A stretch of DNA of 64,000 bases from Mobula birostris (Eukaryota). The DNA is taken from the NCBI RefSeq assembly GCF_030028105.1, contig NC_092400.1, positions 18,042,001 through 18,106,000 of the forward strand, read 5' to 3'. The notes under the pieces are model-generated. The model had not been told where the DNA came from and made no database searches. It saw only the letters and a list, made by a program, of their open reading frames with translations. The translations under genes were made by a program, and so were the position numbers. Of the stretch, positions 26,220 to 38,559 are shown in pieces (the first letter of the stretch is position 1; each line of letters opens with the position of its first letter).

Positions 26220-27200
26220 TCAGAGTTCACTCCTAATTCTGTTGAAATGCAAATTCTCTACATGAATGAAAATTGTCCAATTGGAAACTCACCCTGCTCG
26301 AGCTCCCGTCACAAACTGCTAAATTGGTCCAGCAGGTGACCTCAATGAGATGAGCAGAATATTATTCAAATACATCTCACTGATTATACAGCATTGTTTT
26401 TCCATGCCCTTTACGTGACAGAGGACAGAGAGACAACAGTATCCCCAGAGTAGATTTTCTGTTACCACAAAGATCTGCTGAATGAAGCTTAAAAGTGATT
26501 TCTGCTCTCCTTCATGTAGCTTGGACATGATTTATTATGGTTGTTGGAGGGGAGGTAGCAATAGTTCCACGCGACACACTCCATCATGGTGTTTGTAATG
26601 TGATGAGGCAGGTCAGTCCATATTAAAATCATTCACTGCTGCACTATTGCCCTACTTATAGGAATAAACACCTGGCATAAATATGCACGCACGCACTTAA
26701 GGCACAAACGTATGCGTGACCACGCACACGCACACAAACCATGCATCACACATCCACGTTCTAGTCATCATAATGCAAAAATGTCTGTATGTATGCAATT
26801 GTGCACGTGTGTGTACATACGCGTTTAAGTTAATGCGGTTAAGTGTGAATTAATGGGACAAAGGTCACCAGAAATATTTTAATTTGATCCTGGGGTAAAA
26901 AGAGCCTGGTATCTCAGTATCCTACATGCCCTTAGTTGTGAAGACATTCTTCACAAAGGAATGCTCGGTGTTCACTCCTTTCAACACTGCCCAATTATAT
27001 TGGAATTCTTTGCTGCAAACAATGATCCACAAAAGTTATTTCCACGTAATTAGATCAAGTAAGTTGCTGTTGGTTGACATTCCTAGATGGGTCACTCCAG
27101 GTAAGCAAAATTATAGTAACTTTATTAAAACAGAGTGGTTTTTACAATACTCTGAGATTTTCAATGCTACCAATAAGACATAGGATCAGAATTAGGCCAT
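26220..27200. repeat. Representative copy of the locally duplicated intergenic cassette
   Basis: Marker acagagagacaacagtat.ccc recurs at ~105, 26425, 31840, 35957, 42110, 51993, 56300 and 63305, in the same order with its neighbouring blocks. Confidence 0.9.
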
Positions 27201-27815
27201 TTGGTCCATCGAGTCTATTCCATCATTCTATCATGGTTGCTTTATTATCGCTCTCAACACCATTTTCCTGTCTACTTCCCATAGCCAATGACTTGGCTCC
27301 ATGGCTGTCTGTGGCAACGAATTCCACAGGTTCGCCACTCTCTGTTTAAATAAATTCCTCCATATCTCTGTTCTAACTGCTAACCATTCCCCTTCAATAA
27401 TAATAATTCTTCCTCATTTTTGATTTCAATTTTATTTACTGATAATAGCTTCCTCAATTCTGAACCAGCGTCTCACTTCCTGTCTCCAGTTCACTAGAAG
27501 AGGCTTTTTTTAAAGAATCGGGTAAACTAATTCCAGTACTGTCAGGATATGGGTACATGTAGTTTGGCATGATCGCAGTAACCCTTTACATCACTTTCCA
27601 CCTGACTGAAAGTCTGCAAGCAGTGTTGTTCTTGGTTGAACAGATTACCGCAGATTCCTATGGACAGTCAGTCAACCTGAGAATGGCCCACTATAACGGG
27701 TAGCAGCTAGCTACAAACGAGATACATAGGCTGAAGTCATCTGAGGAAGTAATTGCTCATATGGAAAAAGGAATCTTAAATATCCATAAACCGCATTAAA
27801 CCCTTTCCTTTAAAG

Positions 27816-27891
27816 CAGGCGTTCCCAACATGGAGTCCACGGACCTCTCACTGGTAAGGCTCCATGACAAGTAAAAGATTGGCAACCCATG
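27816..27891. mobile_element. Small hAT MITE belonging to the cassette
   Basis: caggcgttcccaa...ttggcaacccatg inverted ends with 8-bp TSD ctttaaag/ctttatag; paralogues at 1386, 10661, ~33689, ~37248 and ~47591. Confidence 0.65.
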
Positions 27892-28100
27892 CTTTATAGA
27901 AAGGAAGGGTTTCTTAATGAACAAAGTCTGAGATAAACTTGTGCAAATAAGATGCAATTTCTTCTCTACATAAAGGGAAGTGTATTTCAGAACCTGTTCG
28001 TTAAGATCGACAGGACGCGCCAAAATTTTCAGAATTGATCAATTTTTGCGTTCAGACGCATTTATTAGCTTTACTTTGATCACATAATAATAATGAGCAT

Positions 28101-28165
28101 TTAGTTCACGCAGACGGGGAGCAATCAGACAACTGCACAGAGATTGTTTGCTGATCCACAGTCTG
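28101..28165 (-). pseudogene. Remnant of the last ~21 codons of an HCAR-like copy (rest deleted)
   Basis: Matches the receptor tail (tagttcacgcagac...gctgatccacagtctg) with the usual 3' flank, then joins directly to Rex1 3'UTR sequence. Confidence 0.8.
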
Positions 28166-29751
28166 TGATCTATAGCTAGTGATCTATAGATTTACTGTAT
28201 GTCCGCAGGGAAAAGAATCCCCGGGTTGTACTTGGTGACATGTATCTACTCTGACAATAAATTGTACTTTGAAAATTGATCTTTTGAACTTTGAACTTCA
28301 TTGGCTGATTAGATAGTTGCAGTAATGAGCAGATGGGCAGGTTAACCTAATAAAGTGGCCACTGACTGTATATTGGGATTTAGGCAAAAATACATAATGG
28401 CCACTGTGAGCAGGTACAGTACCTCCTAACCAGAATACCCAGGAGCTCTGCTGATTTTAACTTGGATAGAGACTGAAGATGCTGGATTCCAAAGTTTCAG
28501 AGCTGCCCTTCAGTCAGTTTACTTAACCCCTGGTGGCACTAGCTTGGCGAAGATCAGAAGCACCAAGCTTCATCACTTGGACTTCTATCAGGTTCCTTCA
28601 TATTGCCTGTGAGTTAACCTGCCAAGACACCCAGTGCTAGTGCTGAGATATACAAAATTATTTCAAGCCTTTGCGTCCCAATGCTCAGATAATCCTTCAT
28701 GTGAGCTCAATTTCAATGTTCAGGTGCAGTTTGGACAGGTACATGAATGGTAGGCGTATGGAGAGTGATGGACCCGGTGAAGGTCAATGAGAGTAGGCAT
28801 TTTAAATGCTTTAGTACGGACTGGATCAGCCAAAGGGCCTGTATCTGTGCTGTACTTTTCTATGGCTCTATGAGTTTACATGAAAATAAAATATTTACAA
28901 AGCAGTTGTATTTCTGACCAGTCCTAGGATGATAGTTATAATAACTACTGGTGGGCTGTAAGCACTATTGTGTCCCAATGCTCAGACCTTCATTGCCATC
29001 TTAATTTCTACTTCACGTAAAGCCTTTAGCCTTCCTCCAATCTTGCTGCTGTCACTGTGGGCATGACTGCCTCCTTCAACAAATGCAAGGTGCCATCTGA
29101 CTTTGTGAATCCCCACGCCCACAGCTGCTCGAAGTACGGAAGGGGCATTCGGGATGGAACTGAGAAGCCCATGCCCATACTTCAGAAACGCAGGAAAGAG
29201 CTGCGTAATTAGTAGGAGGGGCAGACCACCTCACCTACACCCACTCCACACCCTCTCAGGAAGAATCTGCCCATCTGTGGAGAACCATAAAACCATCAAA
29301 AAGTATTGGATCAGAACTAGGCTAATCAGACCAGCGAGTCTGCTCCACTACTTAATCATGGCTGAGTTTCTGTTTCCAACTCCAGTCTCCCAACTTCATC
29401 CTATAACCCTTAGCACCCCCCCCCTTAACAATCAAGAACCTATAAATCTTGTCATAAATACCCTCAATGATTTGGCCCCAAACGCCCTATACGACAATGA
29501 ATGCCACAGACTCCCCACACTCCCCACACTCAGGCTGAGCAAATTTCTAATCTCAGTTCATAAGAGATGACCCTTTATTCTGGGGCTGTGCCCTCGGATC
29601 CTAGACCTTTGGATCCTTGGATCCTCTCCCACTAATGGAAACATCTTCTGCATGTCTACATTATCAGGGTTTGTGGTTCCTCATATTGAGATGACTGATT
29701 ACCTCAGAATGGAAAAATATACACCTATAGGAACAGACAGGAGTGGATAAA

Positions 29752-29962
29752 GCAACACACATCAAAGTTGCTGGTGAACGCAGCAGGCCAGGCAGCATCT
29801 CTAGGAAGAGATGCAGTCGACGTTAGGGTTAGTCCTAACGAAGGGTCTCGGCCTGAAACATTGACTGTACTTCTTCCTAGAGATGCTGCCTGGCCTGCTG
29901 CGTTCACCAGCAACTTTGATGTGTGTTGCTTGAAGTTCCAGCATCTGCAGAATTCCTGTTGT
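29752..29962. mobile_element. Palindromic Penelope pLTR fragment
   Basis: ~70-bp inverted arms around a degenerate hammerhead; perfect 13-bp TSD aggagtggataaa (29739-29751, 29963-29975); empty site at ~25270. Confidence 0.85.
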
Positions 29963-32422
29963 AGGAGTGGATAAAATTCCTTATCTGAACAGCTGGACAT
30001 GTTGCACCTTGCGTACATTTAATATTTTGTAACAGTTGACTACACTTGGATACACATTGGTTAATTAAGGATTCTTGTTATAATTAGTTTTAATTTCTAT
30101 GTAAATTACGTTAATTGCACACGTCATCACATGATACGAGCGCACATCGCTTGAAGTAAAAGAACAAAGTTAAAACTCGCACCTCTCGGCTCGTGTTTTC
30201 TTTTGAGTCAGTTTAAAGTTTTGGAGCTACAAAACATAACCCAGAGTCCTTCACGTGCTTTTGTTTCTTCATATTGATGCATCAAATGAAGCACAATGTG
30301 ATCAAAACTGTTTTATAACCCATATGTATATCAAAAATGATGTCGATCCAAATTGCTGCAGTATTAAAAGTCATCTTGATGGGCTCACATTGCGTCGCTT
30401 GTAGACACGTGGTTGATTGTTTTTATTTATTTAGAGAATTAGCACAGTAACAGGCCCTTCCGGCTAACAGGTAACGGAATGGCTCCTGAATCCAAGGTCG
30501 CGCGTACAGTAATAGCGCTACGCTAACCGCTACGTTACAGTGCGCCACAAATTGCATTAGCAAGTAGAAACAAATTCCGATTCCACAATTCTCAGAGCAC
30601 TTCCCCCTTCCCCCTCATCATTGCGTACATCCTGATTCCATTACAGACCACCTTAAAACCGTGATCGAACGTTCAGTTCGTCAGAAGGATGACGCTGTCA
30701 ATCAAGTTTAACGAAGTCACAAATATCTTGTGGAACATCATGAAACATCACCAAAAATCCAGTGCTTCTCAGTTACAAAGTCATCACTCTGCAATGGGAC
30801 AGGACAACACATTAGCAGTGTCCACAAATACCAGTTTCAGCGAATGCACAGTACTGCATCCGAATTCCATGATTTTGAACTCCTGGGGTATAAATCCGGT
30901 AAATGCAAGCAGGCTTTTTCCACTGAGGTTCAGTGAGACGGCAACTGGAGGTCATGGATTAAGGGTAAAATCTGAAAAGTCTACGGGGAATTTAAGGGAA
31001 ACATGATGGAAAACTTCTTCAGTCAGAGGGTCCTGAGGGTGCAGAATGAGCTGCCGGCACAAGTAGTGCATGTGAGCTCAATTTCAATATTCAGGTGAAG
31101 TTTGGGCAGGTGCATGGATGGTAGGCACATGAAGGGCTATGGACCCGGTGAAGGTCAATAAGTGTAGGCAGTTTAAATGGTTTAGTACGGACTGGATCGG
31201 CCAAAGGGCCTGTTTCTCTGCTGTACTTTTCTATGACTCTATGATTTTACATGAAAATAAAATACCTACAAAGCAGTTGTATTTCTGACTCGTCCTAGGA
31301 TGATTGTTATAATAACTACTGGTGGGCTGTGAGCAGGATTGACGACCTCACTAGAGACACAGTGCTGGGCCGATTTTTCCATTGTCCAAAGAAAACTTAT
31401 TCAAAGATAATTATATCTGCATACAGCAAAGTTCAGAGCATCAAAATTCAGAGTTCAAAATTTTCTAACATTGCCGGCAGGATGCATAAGATTTAATGTA
31501 AGGGAATATATCCGGCTTTGGTATCAGAACTGTGTAGGTCATAGTATCGAAATGTATAATACTTCAATTCAATATTAAGTACATAAACCATTTGTATGGT
31601 CCTATCAAAACCAGAAAATTTTGTTTGCTATTCAGCGTTCACTCTTAATTCTGTTGAAATGCAAATTCTGTACCTCAATGAAAATTGTCCAGTTGGAAAC
31701 TTGCCCTACTCCAGCTCCCGTCACTAAATGGTAAATTGTTCTAGCAGGTGCCCTCAATGAGATGAGCAGAATATTATTCAAATCCATCTCATTGATTACA
31801 CAGAATCGCTGTTCCATGCACTTTATTCACATATTGGAGAGAGACAACAGCCTTCCCAGTGTAGATTTTCTGTTTCCACAAGTATCTGCTGAATGAAGGT
31901 TAAAAATGATTTCTGCTCTCCTTCATGCAGCTTTATCATGGTTGTAGGAGGGGAGGCAGCAATAGTTCCTCGGGCCACGGCCCATCATGGTGTTTGTTAC
32001 GTGGTGAGGCAGTTCAGTCTACATTAAAGTCATTCACTGCTGCCCTACTGATAATAATAAATACCTGGCATACATATTCATGCACGCACTTAAGGCACAA
32101 ACATATTCGTGACCACGCCCACGCGCACAAACCACGATTGCACAAAGTTCTTCCACATTCTAGAGACCACAATGCAAATGCTTGACTGAATGTAATTGTG
32201 CACGTGTGTGCATATACGTGTTTAAGTTAATGCGAGTAAGTGTGAAATAATGGGACAAAGATCTCCAGACATATTTTAATTCGATCCTGGGGGGGAAAAA
32301 AGAGCCTACTATCTCAGTATCTTACCTGCCCTTAGTTGTAAAGCCATTCTTCACAAGGAATGTTCGGTGTTCATTCCTTTCAACACTGCCCTCTTATGTA
32401 GGAATTCTTTGCTGCAAACAAT

Positions 32423-33028
32423 TGTAGACTCCTGGTAAACCTCAGGCTCGCTCAGCTCGCTTTCGTCTAGGGGAAGCAGCCTTCGGCCCCGCCAAACTGG
32501 GTAATCAAGTTTGTGTGGATGCTGTGTGATGTACCCCACCCCGCCAAATAACAGACAGTACACCATATGCGATTAAATAATTACACTTCGTAAGTATTTC
32601 TTGGTGATGGGTTAGTAGAAACAAATACAAGAAAGGCGCCAAGTGTATCAGTTCTGTGCACAAATAATTCGTTGGAGCTCATGAAATCAGGTATCCTTTC
32701 CTCCAGTCGATGTCCACCGGACTCCGCCAGGTGCCGAGACCCCACTCGGGGTCCGCTCTGCTAGCCAGCTCACACCATCTCTTTGTGTGCGTCTTCTCTC
32801 TTCATCCCCATGGCGCGATCTCCCCAAAGCCCGCGAAAAACAATAGCTTTCACACACAAGAAAGAATAACATCTATTCTGTTGCTTAGCAATGGCATTCC
32901 AAAGTCAAGTTATCTATGATTATAACCCAAATATGCTGCTATAGAGAACCCCTTACATCAGCAGTTAATATTACAAAGAAGCCATTTTATTAGCCTTCGC
33001 AGTTAACATGAAAAAGAAACCCCTTACA
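32423..33028. mobile_element. Solo LTR, second family
   Basis: TGTAG...TTACA ends; 4-bp TSD CAAT; empty site aaacaatgatccac in the other cassettes. Confidence 0.82.
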
Positions 33029-33963
33029 CAATGATCCACAAAAGTTATTTCAAGGAATTAGATCAAGTAAGTTGCAGTCGGTTGACATTCCTGGATGGGT
33101 CCCTCTAGGCAAACAAAATTATATTAACTTTATTAAACCAGAGGGGTTTTTACAATACTCTGCGATCTTCATTGCCACCAATAAGACATAGGATCAGAAT
33201 TAGGCCATTCGGTCCATCGAGTCTATTCCTTCATTCCATCATGGATGCTTTATTATCGCTCTCAACACCATTCTCCTGCCTACTAATCAACAACCTATCA
33301 AACTCCGCTTTAAAAATACCCAATCACATGGCTCCATGGCCGTCTGTGGTAACGAATTCCACAGGTTCGCCACTCTCTGTTTAAATAAATTCCTCCACAT
33401 CTCTGTTCTAAATGCTGACCATCCTTCTTCAATACTATTAATCCTTCCCCATTCTCGATTTCAATTTTATTTACTGATAATAGATTCCCCAATTCGGAAC
33501 TAGCGCTTCACTTCCCCTCTCCAGTTCACTGGAAGAGGCTTTTTCTTAGAATCCGGTAAGTTCATTCCAATAGTCTCAGAATATGGGTATGAGACACATA
33601 GACTGAAGTCATCTGAGCAAGTAATTGCTTACATGGAAAAAGGAAATCTTAAATATCCATAAACCACATTGAATCCTTTCCTTTAAAGCAGGCGTTCCCA
33701 ACATGGGGTCCACCGACCCCTTTCTGGTAAGACTCCATTGAATGTAAAAGATTGGTAACCCATGCATTAAAGAAAGGAAGGGTTTCTTAATGAACAAGAT
33801 CTGAAATAAACTTAATTATGTAGATAAGATGCAATTTCTTCTCTACATAAAGCGTATGTTCGTTAAGATCGACTTAGGACGCGCCAACATTTTCAAAATG
33901 ATCAGCTTCTGTGTTCGGACGCATTTATCAGCCTTACTTTGATCACACAATAATAATGAGCAT

Positions 33964-34028
33964 TTTGTTCACGCAGACCGGGAGCAACCAGATGGCTCTA
34001 CAGAAATCGTTGGCTGATCCACAGTCTG
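33964..34028 (-). pseudogene. Second HCAR-like 3'-end remnant with the same breakpoint
   Basis: Same tail sequence and the same junction (ccacagtctg|tgatcta) as at 28165. Confidence 0.8.
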
Positions 34029-35060
34029 TGATCTATTGATTTACTGTATGTCCGCAGGGAAAAGAATCCCCGGGTTGTACTTGATGACATGTATCTACTC
34101 TGACAATAAATTGTACTTTGAAAATTGTTCTTTTGAACTTTGAACTTGATTGGCTGATTAGATAGTTGCAGTAACGAGCAGATGGGCAGGTTAACCTAAT
34201 AAAGTGGCCACTGACTGTATGTTGGGATTTAGGCAAAAATACATAATGGCCACTGTGAGCAGGTACAGTACCTCCTAACCAGAACAGCCAGGAGCTCTGC
34301 TGATTTCAACTTGGATAAAGACTGAAGATGCTGGATTCCAAAGTTTCAGAGCTGCCCTTCAGTCAGTTTATTTAACCCCTGGTGGCACTAGCTTGGCGAA
34401 GATCAGAAGCACCAAGCTTCATCGCTTGTACTTCTATCAGGTTCCTTCATATAGCCTGTGAGTTAACCTGCCAAGACACCCGGTGCTCGTGTTGAGAAAT
34501 ACAAAATGATTTCAAGCCTTTGTGTCCCAATGCTCAGATAATCCTTCATTGCCATCTCAATTTCTACTTCACTTGAAGCCTTTAGCTTTCCTCCAATCTT
34601 GCTGCCTTCACTGCAGAAATGACTGCCTCATTCAACAAATGCAAAGTACCATCTGACTTTGGGAATCCCTCGCCCAGAGCTGCTCGAAGGAGCATTCGGG
34701 ATAACACATTAACAATGTCCACAAATACCAGATTCAGCGAATACACAGTACTGTATCTGAATTCCATGATCTTGATCTTCTGGGGTATAGATCCGGTAAA
34801 TGCAAGCAGGCTTTTTCCACTGAGGTTCAGGGCGACGGCAACTGGAGTTCATAGACTAAGAGTAAAAGGTGAAAGGTTTACGGGGAACATAAGGGGAACA
34901 TGATGGGAAACTTCTTCACTCAGAAAGCTGCCGGCACAAGGGGTGCGTGTGAGCTCAATTTCAACGTTCAGGTGAATTTTGGACAGGTACATGGATGGTA
35001 GGCACATGGAGGGCTTTGGACCCGGTGAAAGTCAATGAGAGTAGGTAGGTTAAATGGTTT

Positions 35061-35426
35061 CTTTCGGACTAGTTCGGTCAATTTCTTGGTGCACACGTTG
35101 GAGCTCAGGACCTCTTCGGGACCACTCGGACCCCTTCAACTCGCAGCTTGGGACCATCCGGAGTGATCAACCTGAGCTTTCCCCACACGTCCATCGTCCT
35201 CACAGTCTCTCCTCCAACTCCCCGCCAAAACCCCCTGGTTCCCAGCCATATGAGACAGCAAATCACCCCAAGAAAGAATAACATGGACACCCATTGGTTC
35301 ATTTACTCTATTATCTATATTATAACCCAAGCAAAGTGCTAGCTAGAGACTTTATCAGCATTTAATATAATAAAGAAGCCATTTTGATTCACATACACAG
35401 TAACATAAAAGAAGAAATCCCTTACA
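35061..35426. mobile_element. Truncated LTR related to 32423-33028
   Basis: Shares aagaaagaataaca, attataacccaa, aagaagccatttt and the cccttaca terminus; left end lost together with flanking cassette DNA. Confidence 0.65.
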
Positions 35427-37527
35427 TTATAATAACCACTGGTGGGCTGTCAGCAGGGCTGTCGACCTCACTACAGACACATTGCTGGGCCGATTTATCC
35501 ATTGCTCAAAGAAAGCTTATTCAAAAATAATCATATCTGCATACAGAAAAGATCAGAGCATTAAAATTCAGAGTTCAAAATTTTATAACATTGCCGACAG
35601 AATGCATTAGATTTAATGTAACGAAATATATCCGGCATTGTTATCAAAAATTTGTAGGTCATAGTATAAAAATGTAAAATACTTCAATTCGATATTAAGT
35701 ACATAAACCATTTGTATGGTCCTATCAAAACCATTGAACTTTATTTGCTATTCAGAGTTCACTCCTAATTCTGTTGAAATGCAAATTCTCTACCTGATTG
35801 AAAATTGTCCAATTGGAAACTCACCCTACTCCAGCTCCAGTCACGAACTGCTAAATTGTTCCACCAGGTGCCCTCAATCAGATAAGCACAATATTATTCA
35901 AATCCATCTCAATGATTATACAGAATTGCTGTTCCATGCACTTATTTCACAGAGTACAGAGAGACAACAGTATTCCCAGTGTAGATTTTCTGTTACCACA
36001 ACGATCTGCTGAATGAAGGTTAAAAGTGATTTCTACTCTCCTTCATGCAGCCTGGACATGATTTATCATGGTTGTTGGAGGGGAGGCAGCAATAGTTCCT
36101 CGCTACACACTCTATCATGGTGTTTGTAATGTGGTGAGGCAGTTCAGTCTATATTAAGTCATTCACTACTGCACATGGTAATAAATTCCTGGCATACGTA
36201 TGCATGCACGCACTTCAGACACAAACATATAATACGTGGCCATGCACACGCACACAAACCATGCATCACACAAGGTTGTTCCACATTCTAGACACCACAA
36301 TGCAAATGTCTGTATGTATGCAATTGTGCACATGTGTGCACATACGTGTTCAAGTTAATGCGGGTAAGTGTGAAATAATGGCAGAAACGTCACCAGAAAT
36401 ATCTTAATTCGATCCTGGGGATAAAACAGCCTGCTATCTCAGTATCCTACATGTCCTTAGTTGTAAAGCCATTCTTCACAAGGAACTTTAGTGTTCATTG
36501 CTTTCAACATTGCCCTCTTACGTTGGAGTTCTTTGCTGCAAACAATGATCCACAGAAGTCATTTCCAAGGAAGTAGATCAATTAAGTTGCAGTTTGTTCA
36601 CATTCCTGGATGGGTCCCTCAAGGCAAACAAAATCATGTTAACATTATTGAAGCAGAGAGGCTTTTTACAACAATCTGGGGATTTTGTTGACACCAATAA
36701 AACACAGGAACAGAATTAGGCCATTCGGTCCATCGAGTCTATTCCTTCATTCCATCATGGTGGCTTTATTATTGCTCTCAAAACCATTCTCCTGCCTACT
36801 CCCCGCAACCTGACTAATCAGCAACCTATCAACCTCCACTTTAAATGCACCCAATGACTTGGCTCCATGGCCGTCTGTGGCAACGAATTCCTCCATATCT
36901 CTGTTCTAGATCCAGACCATCCTTCTTCATTCCCGATTTCAATTGTATTTACTGAAAATAGATTCCCCAATTTTGAACCGGCGCTTCATTTCCAGTCTCC
37001 AGTTCACTGGGTACATGCCTTACGTCACTTTCTTCCTGACTGAAAGTCTGCAGATAGGGTTGTTCTTGGTGAATACTTTATCGCAAACTCCTATGGACAG
37101 TCAGTCAACCTGAGAATGCCTCACTGTAGCGGGCAGAAGCCCCCGACAAACGAGACACATAGGCTGAAGTCATCTGACGAAGTAATTGCTTACATGGAAA
37201 GAGAAAATCCATAAAAGAGAAATATCCTTAAACCCTTTCCTTTCAAGCTGAGGTTCCCAACCTGGGATTCACAGACCCCTCAATAGTAAGGCTGCTTGGC
37301 ATATACAAGATTGGAAACCCGTGCTTCAAAGAAAGAAAGGGTTTCTTAATGAACAAGGTCTGAAATAAACTTACTTATGCAGTTAAGCTACAATTTCCTC
37401 TCGGCATAAAGGGAAGTGTTCGTTAAGATTGACACGTCGCACCAACACTTTTAGATTTTATCAATTTCCGCATTCGGACGCGTTTATCAGCTTTGCTTTG
37501 CTTTGATCACATAACAATAAAGAGCAT

Positions 37528-38559
37528 CTAGTTCACGCGGACCGGGAGCGATCGGATGGCTGTCGATGAGCTCGTTTGCTGATCCACAGTCTGCCCCTCC
37601 CTGGATGTTCCTTGTTCAGTGGCTGATCTGCGACAGCTTAAATTAAGACGAATTAGAGCTTTCTCCACACCATCTTTGAACTGTGAAGTACAAAAATAGT
37701 AAATAATGGGATCGACCACACTGTTCAGATACGTTATAAACAACGTATTGTAAAAGATATTCGCTGCTGTGCGATACGACTTGCAGTCGGATGGATTTTT
37801 TAGTTTAGTCACCAAAACCGCAACCACAGCAACACTGGTGGGCAAAAAAAAAATGACAAAAACTGCAGCCACGGCTATCACAAGTTTCACAGTTCGCTTA
37901 TATTTAGCCCGCATTCCAGCTTCCATCTGCCGTAAACTCCAGATGATGGAGGACGTAGAGAACAGGATAACTGAAACTGGCAAAAGAAACTGAAAAAATA
38001 TAAAAATAAAGTCAGTCCAAACTGCTGTGGAAGCCAGAGCCTTGTTTGTGCTGAAAGGCTCACAGTTTGTCACGTTGTGTTGTTCGAAGTCATGTTTGTC
38101 TATCAGCAAGTGCAAGCAAATAGCCACCGCTACAATCCACAGACCGCCTGCTATCATCACCGCACACCTTGTAGAGATCCTGTTTACCTTGTGGAGTGGA
38201 TGGACCACCTTAAAGTAACGATCGATCGCTATAACCATGAGGAAAAAGACGCTGCCAATCCGGTTCAGGAAAATCATGAATATGTTCAGTCGACACAGTC
38301 CATCACCAAAAATCCAGTCCTTCCCTCGGAGAAAATAATCAGCTCGAAGGGGTAGACAGCACATCAGCAGAGTGTCCGCAGTCATGAGATTCAGTGAATA
38401 GACAATACTTGGTTTCCAGGACTTCACGTGAACACAAGAGATCCACAAAGCAATCGCATTTCCAGCAAGCCCGAGGATGAATGTGACGATGATTATGGGC
38501 GGATTATAGGACGAGTCAACATCTCCATCAGCAGCACATTGCGGGTTCAAGTTCGCCAT
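37528..38559 (-). CDS. HCAR/OXER1-family GPCR, copy 3 (intact, 343 aa)
   Basis: Complete 7TM ORF from the ATG at 38559 (MANLNPQC), homologous to the starts of the other copies; KSWKPSIVY, DRYFKVVHP and DPIIYY present. The track's longer start at 38586 is a TTG, not an ATG. Confidence 0.93.
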   Translation of the reverse strand: MANLNPQCAADGDVDSSYNPPIIIVTFILGLAGNAIALWISCVHVKSWKPSIVYSLNLMTADTLLMCCLPLRADYFLRGKDWIFGDGLCRLNIFMIFLNRIGSVFFLMVIAIDRYFKVVHPLHKVNRISTRCAVMIAGGLWIVAVAICLHLLIDKHDFEQHNVTNCEPFSTNKALASTAVWTDFIFIFFQFLLPVSVILFSTSSIIWSLRQMEAGMRAKYKRTVKLVIAVAAVFVIFFLPTSVAVVAVLVTKLKNPSDCKSYRTAANIFYNTLFITYLNSVVDPIIYYFCTSQFKDGVEKALIRLNLSCRRSATEQGTSREGQTVDQQTSSSTAIRSLPVRVN

